From positions 29,573,360-29,637,359 of the forward strand of contig NC_043019.1 in NCBI RefSeq assembly GCF_006345805.1: 64,000 bases of DNA, written 5' to 3'. The notes beneath the pieces are model-generated. The model was not told the origin of the DNA and did no database searches. It saw only the letters and a program-made list of their open reading frames with translations. The position numbers were made by a program, and so were the translations under genes. The number at the start of each line of letters is the position of its first letter. The stretch's first letter is position 1. Shown here piece after piece: positions 24,451 through 38,311 of this stretch. Source of the DNA: Octopus sinensis (Eukaryota).

Positions 24451-26794
24451 AAACATTATTCCAGACCCTCTCTGGAAGAACCCCATTTTAATCACTTGAT
24501 TTTTTGTGTTTATCAGTCAAAACCCAACATCCATGACCACAGACATGTAAACTTTAAAACCAACAGCTCAATATGCAACTATCACATAAAACCAAATTGT
24601 GCACACTTCAACCATGCCTTAATATTTAACATATTACATTTATAGCTAATTCAATGTGTCTAAGATGTCACAAGTGATTTACTGAATTACATAAAAGGAT
24701 ATGGCCTTATACCAAATATCTCTGAAACCACTGTGTCAAGTGAAGACAAACAGTTGGAGTGTGTCCTGATGAAAATACTTTTATTGACAAAAACCATACA
24801 CAAACTAAACACAAAAATGAAAAATAGAAAAAAAATAATTAAAAAAACTTAGGCTCTTCACCTGACAGAAATAGCAGATAAATATTTCTCACATCACACC
24901 CTATTGTCTTAACAAAAAGGACGCATCAGATTATGTAGCCCTCAATACACTATGCTTGAACAAAAGCCCGACAGGTTATGACTGAAGCACCTTTAATAAC
25001 AGGTCTGCTCAATCAGAACTGACCTGGAGCTAAATATAAGCCAGTGAGAGAATCTTTAAGTGGTTGCATGAGTTGCTAGAAATAGCAACCAAATATTCTT
25101 CAAATCATGCCTTACTCTCAAAAAAAAAAAAAACAATAGCTAATGTCGTCCTATATTCACTAAAAATAACAAGTAGATTATAGTAGGAATTTCTTTAATC
25201 TTAACTCTGTTGGATCTAGCAAAAAGTTATCTCAACTTGCTCTTTTGGTAGCCCCATTTCACTCAGGCCGCACTTGTCTCAAGCCACAGAGTTGACTGTG
25301 TGACTAAGAATTTTGCTTCAAGAAAAGACTTAAGACTTATGTGAAAACATTCTAGCTGTAACCACCTTTTATTCAGACATAGAATATCTTGAATTATATT
25401 ATCAAATATCCATTTTTAAAAGAAAAATATGATAGAATGGGATTTGACTGCAATTTTAGGTAGGTCTAGCAACTACATGGATACTCCCTCACTATTTCCA
25501 ATAAGATACTTTCAGGTTTATAGAATAGGTAAAACCCAACATAACACTGTGAATAGCCAGAGAATGGAATGAAACCGAATCAGAGAAATTTATGTCCATA
25601 GAATAGCAATATACCTCACATCATTTTATTCCTACACCTGATCCCTTGATACAGAGTTTATGTTTATTTAAAGAGCACTTAAGATTAAGCTAATTTTCTA
25701 CTGCTTTCAGCCAATGATCTGTGTCCATGCTATGGTACAGATTTCAAGGGTTTAGATTAATCAAATCAACTCCAATACTTATTTCAGTCTGTTCCTCATT
25801 TTAGCCATATATGTTTGTCAAACCACTAAGTTATGGGGCATAAAAAGACATGCCAGTTTTTTTTTGTTTGTTTGTTTTGTTTTTTTAATGTAAACACACA
25901 CACAATAAGTTTCTGAACAATTTCAGTCTATCAGATTCTGCTCACAAGTTATTAGTCAATCCAAGACTATAGTGGAAGACAGTTGACCAAGTAAGTAATC
26001 ATGCAGTGAAATAGAACTCAGGGCCATGTGCTTGCAAAGCAAATTTCTTAACCATACAACCATGCCTGCATTTATTTAATATAGCTGCTTCTATATTCGA
26101 AAATCTGTTGATGGTGTGGTGTTTATTAATCTGATATTAACACTATGTAAACAAATTATGTTAACAAAATAGGGAATGACATAAAATGAAATTTAAATTT
26201 TCCCATAAATCCAATATATGGTTTGTTTTTTTCTTTTCACCTTTCATAAGAAACTGCTAGAAAATAAATGAATGCTGTGGTGTCATAATATAAAATAAAT
26301 AGCTCTTAAAAATTAATAATAAAATAGCAGCTAAAATTTCTTCAAAAAGCCAGACAACCTCAGGTAAATGGTTTTTAAATCAGAAGCAAAATTGCATTCA
26401 TAAGTTAACAGCAAAAAAAAAATTAAAATTTTTTTTTAAATCAAAAAGTCTTCTATAAAATATATTTCACCATGTAAAGTAATTATAGACATATTAAAAG
26501 AAACTTTGCAAAGTAGCATATAAATAGGCAGACGGATGGTTGTGTGGTTAAGAAATTCATTTTGCAACTTCGTGGAGCTGGATTCTGTTCCACTACTGTA
26601 GTAACCTCAAAATGACCAATACTTTCATCATCATCACCATCAATCATCATTGAACATTTTGCTTTCCAGGCTGGCATGGGTTGGACAGTTTGACAGGAGC
26701 TGGCAAGCTTGAGCATTGAAACGGACTCCATGGCTGGATGCCCTTCCTAATGCTGACCATTTTACAGAGTTGCAGTGGACGCTCTTTATGTGGC

Positions 26795-27108
26795 ACCAGA
26801 AAAGTCACCAAGTAAGTTGCAAGAACCCCCCCCCCCATCAAGTAAATAGAGAGTAGTGTTCGTGTCCGTTGCCAGCCTCGCCTGGCCCCCGTGCCGGTGG
26901 CACGTAAAAGCACCATCCGTTCATAGCTGTTTGCCAGCTCCATCTGGCACCTGTGCGGGTGGCACGTAAAAAGCACCCACTACACTCACGGAGTGGTTGG
27001 CATTAGGAAGGGCATCCAGCCGTAGAAACACTGCCAGATCAGACCCCAGTTGAACCATCCAACCCATGCTAGCATGGAAAGCGGACGCTAAATGGTGATG
27101 ATGATGAG
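26795..27108 (+). mobile_element. RTE 3' UTR / type C retroposon, young copy
   Basis: GTGCCGGTGGCACGTAAAAGCACC repeats, GGTTGGCATTAGGAAGGGCATCCAGC, (GAT)n tail; CpGs retained. Confidence 0.85.
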
Positions 27109-29006
27109 ATGTTTGAGTACAATGGGGGATGGAAACAAGTGTCTTGCAGTAGAGGATCTATGTGACTACCCTAGCTGGAAAAGGGAAGAGGAGTAGAGAG
27201 AGAGAGAAAGAGGTGAGTGGAATTTGCTAGATGTGTTCATGAGAGGGAAAAAAGTTACTAAAATTGAAGGGAAAAATATATGTGACATGTATTAAAAGTG
27301 TTATAATACATGGGTAATGAATGGGGAACAGCAGGACATGCTGGAAAAGCAGTGGATGAGCAAAGTATCACTGAGAAAGACAAAAAGTAGATAGTAGAGT
27401 TTCTGAGAGGAGGGAGAAAGAGAGAGAGCAATGGATGTGGTGAAGAGAAATGGGAGGAGATGGTTGCATCATATGCTGAAGAAGGATGAAAATGAGTGAG
27501 TGAGAGGAATGATGAGAATCAACGTGAAAGGGAGTAGAAAAAAGGGGAAGATTAAAGAAAACGTAGCCAAAGGGAATAGAGGTGAAAATGAGGTAAGATG
27601 TAGAGGATAGGACAAAATGAAGTGAACTGGCACAGGGCCTGGAAGGATACCTCTTATTGTGGCTAGGAAAAGCTTTAAAAGGAATATTGTGGTGTTGTTA
27701 TAGCACATATCTGTGTTTCTGCATAGCTTGGTAAAAACAGTGCATCCAGTTGCTGCACTGTTGAATTGAATCAAAAAGTAACTTAGCTCTTAACTGTTCA
27801 ATAAACAGAGATCGATAAAGTAAGTAGGTGGGGGAGTCAATGTGGTCAATGAAACCTTTAACTGCAGCGCCCCAGCATGGCCACAGTTCAATTTCAGAAA
27901 CTGGTAAAAAAAAACTGGGGGAAGGAAGGAAGGAAGGAAAGATAGATAGATAGATAGATATATTTCATAAGTACATATGAATGTTTAAAAAAGTCTTAAA
28001 GTACTGATAACAGTGGAGAAGAAACTTGGACTGTTATAATCATATAATAACCATTTAATACCACAGTTTTAAATACCAGCTGGGAATACAACCAAGCTAT
28101 CCAACATATTGATTGCCTTCTTACTCCTTGCTCACAATACAAGTTTCCTCCTTTTCAAGCAAGTGTAAAGTGTTATTGCTACTTTATTTGGCATTTTGAT
28201 TTTTTCTTATTTCCTCTATATTTCCAGTTTTTCTTCCAGCAAGCAGCTCATTCCTGATACCGCCATTTATAAATAGACCAAACACCTGTGTTCTAATGCA
28301 TGTCGATAACATTCTGTTCTGAAAGATGGGAGGAGAGGAGAGGGAACGTAACATTTTTACAGAGCAACAACTGAGAATAATCTTCTACACAGCTATGAAA
28401 TATTAAGTGTTACATAAGTCTAAAATAAGTAATGAAAAAAAAAAAGATAAATTGAATGAACTATATCTTTTATCTTGTTCCAGTCATTGGACTGTGGCCA
28501 TGCTGGTGCATCACCTTAAAGAGCTTTAGTCAAACAAATCAACCCCAGTAATTATTTTAAAGCCTCATATTTATTCCATCAGTATCTTGTGCCAAATCAC
28601 AAAGTTACAGTAATATAAATCAACATTGGCTGTCTAACAGTGGGGGGTGACAAACCCAAAACAAACACATACACACACATGACCAGCTTCTTTCAGTTTC
28701 CTTCTATCAAATACACTCACAAGGCTTTTGTAGGCCTGGGGCTATAGTAGAAGAAACTTGCTCAAGGTGCCATGCCATACAACTCAGGCTAGCTCCATGT
28801 GCTGGTGACATGTAAAAGGCACCTGTGCCGGTGACACATAAAAGGCACCCACTACACTCTTGGAGTGGTTGGCATTAGGAAGGACATCAAGCTATAGAAA
28901 CTGAGCCAAATCAGACTGGAACTTGGTACGGCTCTCCAGCTTACCAGTTCCAGTCAAACCATCTAACCCATACCAGCATGGAAAACGGACATTAAGTGAT
29001 GATGAT

Positions 29007-29175
29007 AGGGAGTCTATGTGCTCACCTAATTTGCTAAAAACAGTATCCAAAATCTCTCCCTTATAACATCCTTTATGTTTTAAAAGGAGACAGCTACATT
29101 AGCTAATGTAGTCTGTTCTGGATGAACACTGAGAAGGTAAAAAACATGATCATTACTAGAATACCTTTGATCACA
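29007..29175 (+). repeat. unclassified interspersed repeat (CTAGAAATAGCAGCCAAATCTCCC family), locally duplicated at 30069-30241
   Basis: Many related copies (about 590-800, 24850-25230, 30500-30950, 31920-32850, 35440-35640). The 29007 and 30069 copies share private sequence. Confidence 0.7.
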
Positions 29176-29931
29176 GGGTTGTTTGTTCAAGGCTGACCAG
29201 GATCTAATCAACAGCAAAAACTGAGTTAACAAGGGAGAACCACTATATAGCAACTTGACATGCTCGAAATAGCAGCCAAATCTTCCCAAAATATACTCAA
29301 ACATCTTTAAAAAAAAGAAAGGTTACATTGTAGAATGCAAACTATTTGCATTAAAAAAAAAACAACAATTATAGTTACAGCTGAATGAAATACCTTTGAT
29401 CACAGTTCTACACAATCAATGTTTGCCTAGGGCTAAACAATAACCACAATATTAATAAAAGCAAAAAAGAATAAAACAAACACATTAACAAATATAAACA
29501 ATGAATACCAACTCTTCATATCATCTTGCACAACGAACTAGCAAATAATTGTAAAATGCAATTACATGATTGCATAAATTTTCAAATTACATTATTATTA
29601 AAAATAAAAAATAACATTGATTACCAATCATTATTCAATGAGAGACAACAATTTTTTCCCACAAAATATTTCCTGGTTAAAAAAAAATATTCTCCCAAAG
29701 TGTCTTACAAAGAAGCAATCTAAATGACCAAATATAATTACAATTTAAATTAACAAGCTAACAAAGCATACCTCTAGGCATTTGCTTCACTGGCTAGGAA
29801 TAGCAGTCAAATCTCCACTCAAATCACACCTGACCTTCTTAAAAAAGAAAAAATGGGGTAGATTGGACAACATAGTCTTGATATACAGAAACAGATGAGG
29901 TGGTCATGGTTGGAATAACATGAACAATGAG

Positions 29932-30068
29932 CATCTCTATGGAAGCCTTCCAAAAGTGACCAACAAGATCAGAAAATGATGCCTCCTCATATCAGGTCAC
30001 ATCTCTATGGAAGCCTTCCAAAAGTGACCAACAAGATCAGAGAATGATGCCTCCCTATATCAGGTCAC
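29932..30068 (+). repeat. 68-bp tandem duplication
   Basis: CATCTCTATGGAAGCCTTCCAAAAGTGACCAACAAGATCAG... starts at 29932 and 30000. Confidence 0.95.
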
Positions 30069-30244
30069 AGGGAGTCTATGAGGTCACCTAACTTGCTAAA
30101 AACAGCAACCAAAATCTCTCCATTATAACATCCTTTTTGTCTTAAAAGGAAACAATTACATTAGCTAATGTATAGTGTTCTGGATGAACACAGAGAAGGG
30201 GAAAAAAAAACCATGATCATCACGGAATACCTTTGATCACAAAG

Positions 30245-30440
30245 CTGAAGCAACAGCAAAACTTGTGCTCTGAGACCCACAGCATGGTACTGGCAGGTGT
30301 GGGAGACATCTGACATTTATTGACAACCTGAAGGAGGACACGGGATTGGATTCCATCCATGAACTGAAGGTGATGACGATGGATCAAAAGGCTTGGCAGA
30401 ATAGCTTTGTTTTTGAGGACAAGGTCGAAACCAGAACCAA
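30245..30440 (+). mobile_element. RTE/RTE-X LINE 3' coding fragment
   Basis: Reads ATAKLVL*DPQHGTGRCGRHLTFIDNLKEDTGLDSIHELKVMTMDQKAW, typical of an RTE-X C-terminus. Confidence 0.75.
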
Positions 30441-31471
30441 AATAAAAAAATAGATCTGCTTGTTCAAAGCTGATATAGTACTAAACTACAATACAACAAA
30501 TTAATAGGAGAGCCTCTATATGGTTGCTTAATCTTCTAGAAGTAGAAACCAAGTTCTCCTCAAATCATACTTTACCAGTATGAAACAATATAGTCCTAGA
30601 CATACAATACCTGTAAAATAAAAACAGGATGGTCATGGCTCACATGTCTTTTTCTTAAAGCTGCTAGATCAGCAAAGCTGTCCTGGGACCCAACAAACAA
30701 ATCTGGAACCTCCAATAATAACTAAACATGTAAATGAAGCGTAACAAAAGAAGAAAAAAAAGAAATAAAAGAGTCTCTTTGTGGTTGCTCAACCTGTTAG
30801 AAATAGTAACTAAATTTCTTTAAAAAGACATTCTCATATATAAGTACACGTCAGATAATATTAATCTAGAAAAACAAGATGAGACAGCTATGGCTGGAAT
30901 GCTTTTGATCATAGAGTTGTTGAGTTAAATTGGACCTAAGACTAAACCACAACAGCTATAACATATACAGCAAGACACCCACACACACTACATACCCCAC
31001 ACATATGCTCACTTACGTTGGAGACAGGTAAACAATGCAATTATAAGACAATACTTATTAGACACATACATACACATACTAAATCACCTGAAACACATAC
31101 ACAAATATATATATATACACATACACACATTACATCATCTGAGAGAGAGACACACAGAACAGACATGGAATGGGAGTGATGGGGGGAAATGTACATACAA
31201 AAAATACTTACATACCATATAACATGAATAAAAGCAGAGTATATAGACTATAAAAACAATGCACCAGACACAATCACACATATACACACCTTTTGGAACT
31301 CATAATTATGCACAAAAATAAATACACCTTGCAAAACTCACACACACACACATATATATACATACATACATATATACATACAAGCATACTCACTCGTACA
31401 CACACCTTTAAAAAACTCAAAAATATACCAGAACTCACAAGATTACAAACACTTCAGAACTTCACACAATC

Positions 31472-31505
<34 letters not shown>

Positions 31506-32029
31506 TTTGAAAAATTCACACAGTCAGACTGAGAATAACACACACGCTTTTCAGAACTCACACGCAATCTCCCACAGTAAAACTTATATTTATACAACAG
31601 AGACATCAAACAATCACAAGCAATAGTCCTTATGTAAACAACCCACTACATATCTTTACAATTGCACCGCTGCCACCGCCACCACCACCACTTTCACAGA
31701 TACCAACATCCCCATCACCTTTACAATCACAAAGGTCTTCTGAATACTATTTGAGAAAGCAACATGCCAGGTGAGAGAGAAATGAACGGTGGAGGCAGCA
31801 GCTGATACAGAAAGATGTGAGTGTATGAATGAGATAAAATAGAAAACTACTATTTACCTGTCTTTCCCCACCCACAAACCATGCCATTTTGCTTTACTAC
31901 TAGTATGTATTAGGAGCCAATTATGAGTCCCTATGTGGTTGCTCTGCATGCTAGAAATACTAGCCAAACCTCCCTTAATTGATATCCTAGATATAGCAGC
32001 CAAAACCCCTTTAAATTGTTTTGTTTACT

Positions 32030-32700
32030 TCATGCTCTTGCTTGATGAGGCTGGGGTCAAACGAGGTTAGTGATCCTAAAGACATAATCATGAGTAGAGC
32101 TAGTCAGGTCCACCACTGCTCTCTATTGCTGGCGGTCCCGTGTCAGTCCCTCTACATCCTTTAAATCACACCCTACCAAATATTAGCCAAATCTCCCCTT
32201 AAACAGATATGCTGGACACTGGCCAAATCTGCCTTAATTATATGCTAGAAACAGCAAACCAAAACTCCTTTAAATTACATCAGGTCAAGGTCAGCTGTGG
32301 GGGCATGACCTGTTGCAGGACGTTTGTTGCTGCTTCACCTTTTTCCAGTATATCCCCAAAGTCCACACAAGCTACCGATCAAGTAGAGCCCCGGTCAGTC
32401 CTCATCTGCTGTGAACATGTGGCATATGGTCAACCAACATCAGCCGTTAACCCAGCCAGATCCTCAGTGAAGAGAACGCAGTAAGCAGTTGGTTCTTACT
32501 TACTGTATTAGGCTAAATCAGGTGTGGGGGAATTTGTTAGTATATCCCTGGGCACCCTTGGGCAACTCATTGAGTAAAATCCCAGTCAGTTCCCATCTCC
32601 TTAAGACACCTCCTCATCTGCCGTAACCATGTAGCATGTGGTCAACTAACAAGAGCCATCAACCCAACCAGATCTTCAGTGAAGAGAACACTCACCCCCA
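32030..32700 (-). mobile_element. cluster of three RTE 3' fragments
   Basis: 32690-32560 reads VLFTEDLVGLMALVS*PHATWLRQMRRCLKEMG. 32477-32280 is a second copy ending CTGACCTTGACCTGA. 32030-32160 has DRQQ*RAVVD. Confidence 0.7.
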
Positions 32701-33047
32701 ATTAAGCAGGGTCTAACTCTGATAATTGAGCACACTACCATCTTAATAAAATATTAACCAAATCTCCTTAATTGGCATGCTAGAAACAGTAGTCAAATCT
32801 CCCTTAACTGACATGCACTGAACAGCAGTCACCCTACCATCTTACTAAAGGAGAGGCACTCTGGTTTATTTTGTCTGGTATATAATATACAGAGACAAAA
32901 ATTGGGATGCTAACTAACTATTCTGGTCATAAGTCTGTTCAACAAGTATTGACTTGAGGGTAAACAACAGGTAGCCTGAGTTAATGAGTAGTGCACTTTT
33001 CATAGCTGCTTCTGACAAGCATTTAATAGCGTTATCATTATTATTAT

Positions 33048-33426
33048 TAAAGCAGTGAGCTGGCAGAATCATTAGCATTGCTGGGTGAAATTCTTAGTGG
33101 CATTTCATGACTTTATGTTCTGAGTTCAAATTCCACTGTGGTTGACTTTGCCTTTCATCCTTTTGAGGTTGATAAATTAAGTACCAGTGAAACACTCAGG
33201 TGAATGTAATTAACTAGTCCCCTCCCCACAAATTTCAGGCCTTGTAGAAAGCATTACGGCGATGAGCTGGCAGAATGCTTAGTGGCATTTCATGTCTTTA
33301 TGTCCTGAGTTCAAATCCGGGTTGACCTTGCCTTTCATCCTTTCAGGGTCAATTAAATAAGTACCAGTTATGCACTGGGTTAATGTAATCGACTAGTTCC
33401 TTCCCACTAACTTTCAGGCTTGTACC
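33048..33426 (+). mobile_element. two adjacent type A SINEs
   Basis: Two GAGCTGGCAGAAT heads (about 33057 and 33265), each followed by the GACTTTGCCTTTCATCC domain. Confidence 0.85.
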
Positions 33427-33428
33427 TA

Positions 33429-33805
33429 CACTACCGTCAGAAATTAATTAGCACCCTTGATTTGCTCTTCACTCAAGGTATGTGCTGTCACCTAGTGGCC
33501 ATATCTCGAACTAATGCTTTGTTGCAAGTTCACTGTTGCGCAGAACGATGACGTAACTTTGTTTGCAGAGCAGTTTGAGAGTCTACAGCCTTATGATGTT
33601 GACATAGCAGTGCAACAACTTGGAGTGCGGATGCAGACAAATCTTCCTTTGTTTAATAGATATAGGTAGCGCCTCGCAAGGACCGAAATCACACCATACT
33701 AAGTTTTCTCATCGCGTAAGACGTTTTGAACAGCTCATAGGTTAATTGATTTAACCTATTTAATGTAGAAATTTGAGAAGTGCTAATTAATTTCTGACGC
33801 AAGTG
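33429..33805. mobile_element. Tc1-family non-autonomous element (377 bp)
   Basis: TA TSD (33427-28 / 33806-07). TIRs of about 26 bp, CACT(AC/TG)CGTCAGAAATTAATTAGCAC, with 2 mismatches. Confidence 0.9.
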
Positions 33806-34649
33806 TATAGTAGAAAGGATTATTATTATTATTACTATTATTATTCCAAGGTGGTGAGCTGGCAGAATCATTAGCATGCTGGGCAAAATATTTAATGGAA
33901 TTTCTTCCACCTCTACATTCTGAGTTCAAATTCTACCAAAGTCAACTTCACCTTTCATCCATTTGGGGATTGATAAAATAAATACCAGTTGAGCATGGGG
34001 TCAATGTAATTAACTAGCCCCTTTACCAAAATTTCAGGCCTTGTGCCTCTAGTCGGAAGGTTATTATTCTACATCACAGTGGGTTGACAGAATCATTAGC
34101 ATGTTGGACACGATGCCTGATGGTAATTATTCCAATGCTTCACATTGTGTTCAAATCTCACTGAGGTCAACTTTGCCTCTCATTCCTCTAGGGTCAATAA
34201 AATAAAGTACCAGTCAAATACTAGGATAAAAGTTGGTCAACTGAACCTTAACTCCTCAAAATTGCTGACCTTATGTGTAAATTAGAAACTTATACAGAGG
34301 CAGACTGTCAGAACGGTTTGTTCCCAACTATATGGTGTTAGGTTCAGGTCCACTACACTGCACCTCAGCCTTAGGCTGAAGAAAGCTTTGTTAGTGGATT
34401 TGGTAAACAGAAACTGAAAGAAGCCTGTTGTGTGTGTATACTGTTGCGTATGTATAATATGTATGTGAATGAACATCATTGTCATACAAGCAATGTAGCT
34501 TATTTCCAATCTGCCATGTCTGGGCATCAGGAAATACTGTTTTGCTTGGAAACAGGTGAGGGTTGGTGACAGGAAGGGCACCTGAATGTAGAGAATCTGT
34601 TTCAACAACTTTCATCTTATCTATGCAAGCATGGAAAAGCAAACATTAA

Positions 34650-34861
34650 CCCTTCAGCATTCAAACCAGCCATATTCAGCTAAAATAGTTAACTTGTTTT
34701 ATGTTGAAATTCGCAAGATCCAACCTCTTACCGCAACCATACATTCCAAAACTGAATAATCACATTATCCAAATCTCTAAACTACAAGATAATGCATGTT
34801 TAATTCAACAATATAAATAAACAAACATTATATTTGATAGAATAAACTGAATACTAAAAGG
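34650..34861. mobile_element. piggyBac-type MITE
   Basis: TTAA flanks at 34646-34649 and 34862-34865. Confidence 0.8.
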
Positions 34862-35932
34862 TTAAATGAAGATGATGAGATTAAAATAAAAATTGTGTAT
34901 ATATATATAATTTTTATTTTAATTAATAGGATGGCATGATCAATGCTGGAAGGCCTTAAGTGATAGGCAAGCTCATGTCTAGCCTCGGGTTAAACGAAAA
35001 CAACTTTATTAGAAGAGAAAGATTCAGTTAGATATAAAATCCAGAGATTACTAGAAGATATATTCCTCTTTCGAAGACTTTATCTTTTCCAAGTCGCATA
35101 TCTACACCAGTACCGGAGGCAACATTATCATCTGTGAATGATCTAACAGAAAAGCTGTTTAGACTATAAATTGTTGCAGAGATAAAAGTGGAAGATAAGT
35201 AGGTCAAATAGCTTAGGTCCCTCACCCCCAAGATGAGGGGAAGATGGGGGAAAGACAAATGATGAAAAGTGTTACACAATTTGAATACTACTAGAAAATA
35301 CACTCAGCAGATTTACAAATAAAGTAAAAACCTTTTCTTCTCCTTTTTCTTTTTTTCAGGCATAATTGTATTTAGAACACCATTACCCAATTTTTTCCCC
35401 CCCTTTTTTTTTGTTTTGTTTTGTAAGATGGTAAGGGCATGAATTGAGGGAGATTTGGTTACTATATTTCAAGCAGGTTAAGCTACCATGGAGAAGCTCT
35501 CCTCTATCAGCTGAGAATTTATCACAAATGAACATCACCTTAATGGATAGAGAAGGATCTAATTATAAATGGATTTCAGATCTTTCTGTAAGATATGTTA
35601 GTCTTTCCAAGACAATCATCCTTTCTAAGCCACCTTACCAAATCATTATCATCATCTAACAGTAAAGCTGTTTAAACTACAAATAGTTGAAGAAAAGTTA
35701 GTATGGCCATGGGGTTAGGAAGTTTACTTTGCAAGCAACCATGTGGTTTCAAGTTTAATTCCCTCCCCCACTGAGTGGTAAGCTCTTTTATCATTGGGTT
35801 AAGCAATGCCTCTGTGGGTGGGATTCAGGAGACAAACTATGTGGAAACCCAGAAAGAATACATAGATATCAATGTAAAACAACTGAAAGCAGTTAACACA
35901 AGACAAATTATGCTATATATTCATACATATAT

Positions 35933-36028
35933 ACATAGACACACAAACTTATACACATACAGATGCATATGTACATATACACATAGACACACAAACTTAT
36001 ACACATACAGATGCATATGTAAATATAC
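35933..36028 (+). repeat. 48-bp tandem duplication within a CA/TA-rich tract
   Basis: ACATAGACACACAAACTTATACACATACAGATGCATATGTA(C/A)ATATAC x2. Confidence 0.9.
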
Positions 36029-36593
36029 ACATATATGCGTAAACACACACACACACATTTAGATATACACATACTCATAAATACACATACACATATATAT
36101 ATATATATTCAATATTCTTGAACAAGGTACCTTGTTTCTGGCAAACAGATGCTGTCAAATGCAAATGATTCCCAGCCGTCATAAGCAGATCAGTTATGGT
36201 ACTAATAATGCGAATGTGAAATTACTATAAACACTGGCTGCTTTAGCGGGAATTTGAACATAAATAATTCACTGCCCCAATGTTTAATGGAGTCACACAA
36301 AATTTTGGATCTCAATTACTACTATGTTGTATGTCTAAAATTATTCACAAGAACGCATAACCTCTATAAATATAAAAAGGGGTGCTTTAAATAATGGTAG
36401 AGAAACTATTAGATATTTCATAGAGAATACAGTAATATAATCTTAGTATACCAACTAACTAATAACGTGACTCCATTAAACATTGCAACAGTAAATTTTT
36501 ATCATAAAATTCCTGCTGAAGTAAGTGTATATAAATTCATTCAACATTCAACTCATGTTGCTAACTCCATTGGCAATAAGGTTACACAATATG

Positions 36594-36826
36594 TATTTCT
36601 TTACTACCCACAAGGGGCTAAACACAGAGGGGACAAACAAGGACAGACAAAGCGATTAAGTCGATTCCATCGACCCCAGTGCGTAACTGGTACTTAATTT
36701 ATCGACCCCGAAAGGATGAAAGGTAAAGTCGACCTCGGCGGAATTTGAGCTCAGAACGTAACGGCAGACGAAATACGGCTACGCATTTCGCCCGGCGTGC
36801 TACCGTTTCTGCCATCTCGCTGCCTA
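36594..36826 (-). mobile_element. type A SINE, young, with TSD
   Basis: 13-bp TSD GTTACACAATATG (36581-36593 / 36827-36839); CpGs retained. Confidence 0.93.
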
Positions 36827-37066
36827 GTTACACAATATGATATCATCTTAAAGAAGCATTTATTTAAACGATGATGATGATTTGTTTCCACTTTCAACAA
36901 ACTTTATAAAGAGTAAAATGCCTTTATGAGTAATATATATTCTGGGTTGTTCTTCATTCTTGTAAAGTGGAAAATGTTTGTGGATTCATAATCTGTGGGG
37001 ATCGTTTACTTCAGTACTGATTGGTTTTCTTCATAGACATCCTAATTAGTTTTAGACACTGCTTAA

Positions 37067-37285
37067 CCCTTTAGTATTTAAACCGGCCATATCCGGCCAA
37101 AATATTTCATCTGTTTTATGTTCAAACTGACCAGATCCAGGCCCTCACACCTACCCTACAATGTTATTCTACATTAAGTAATTACACCATCAAGATCTTA
37201 AAGATGTGAGATAATGCATGATTAATTCAAATCAATGGGAAACAATAAGCATTATGTTTGATAGAATAATCTGAACACTAAAGGG
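37067..37285. mobile_element. piggyBac-type MITE (219 bp), best-preserved copy
   Basis: TTAA|CCCTTTAGT ... ACTAAAGGG|TTAA, a perfect 9-bp TIR with TTAA TSD. Confidence 0.88.
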
Positions 37286-38275
37286 TTAAATACTGGTCTC
37301 AAATTTTGGCACAGGGCTAGCAATTTCGGGGGGGGGGGGGCAGAGGTAAGTTGATTACATCAACTCCAGTACTCAACTGGTACTTTATTTTATCGACCTA
37401 GAAAGGAAGAAAGCAAAGTTAGCCTCGACGGAATTTGAACTCAGAGCAAACAGACAGACAAAATGCCTCTAAGCATTTTGTCCAGTGTGTTAATTTTGCC
37501 GGCACACCACCTTAGCATAGCTTAAATATTGGGGTCTACTATTGTCATGCAAGTTATGCGGTGACCTTGCTGGTGCCACCTCTATATCCCCCAGTCCACT
37601 CTGAAAAGTGGTTGGCATTAGGAAGGGCATCCGGCAGACAGTAGAGCTTGGCACGGTCCTCTGGCTCACCAGCTTCTGTCAAACCATTCAACTCATGCCA
37701 TGGGAAGCTGACATTGAATGATGATGATGGTGTTAACATATATAATAATAGAACTTAGTTTTCAGCAGTTGTTACATTTATGTCAGATTTTAAGAACAAC
37801 ATTTTTACTGTTGATTGATGAGTTAAAAGTGAAATGTTATAAAAATCAGCAACACAAAACTCAAGTAAACAACTGTTGGAAACTCAGGGCTTCCAGTGTT
37901 GTTATTACCCTTAATTCTTTTTCCTGTATTGAGTACTATCTCCCTAAATATTTGTTAACATAGAGATATAAATATGATACATATAATTCAAAGATGGATA
38001 GTATATAGGATTTTCTTTTTGAAATTCTATAATATGGAACACATTATCTAAAAAAAATCTTATTCAATTTGGAAGCAATTTTTAAAGGTAGGTACAGATT
38101 ATGTAAGAGGGCTATGGTAGGTCTGTATTATTGTAAATCTTAAATGTAATTGCATACCTACTAGACAACAAACATTTAAATTTGTAAAAGCTAAAAATAA
38201 AATTTTCCCCATAAAGATAGTCAGTTCTGCCTCTTAAGCTACAACACATGTACACATACATTTACTTTTACACAA

Positions 38276-38311
<36 letters not shown>

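Noticed and set aside
37328-37340. G13 run as a functional G-quadruplex
   Set aside because: It is a homopolymer expansion inside a SINE tail; similar C runs occur at about 26826 and 54172, with no sign of function.
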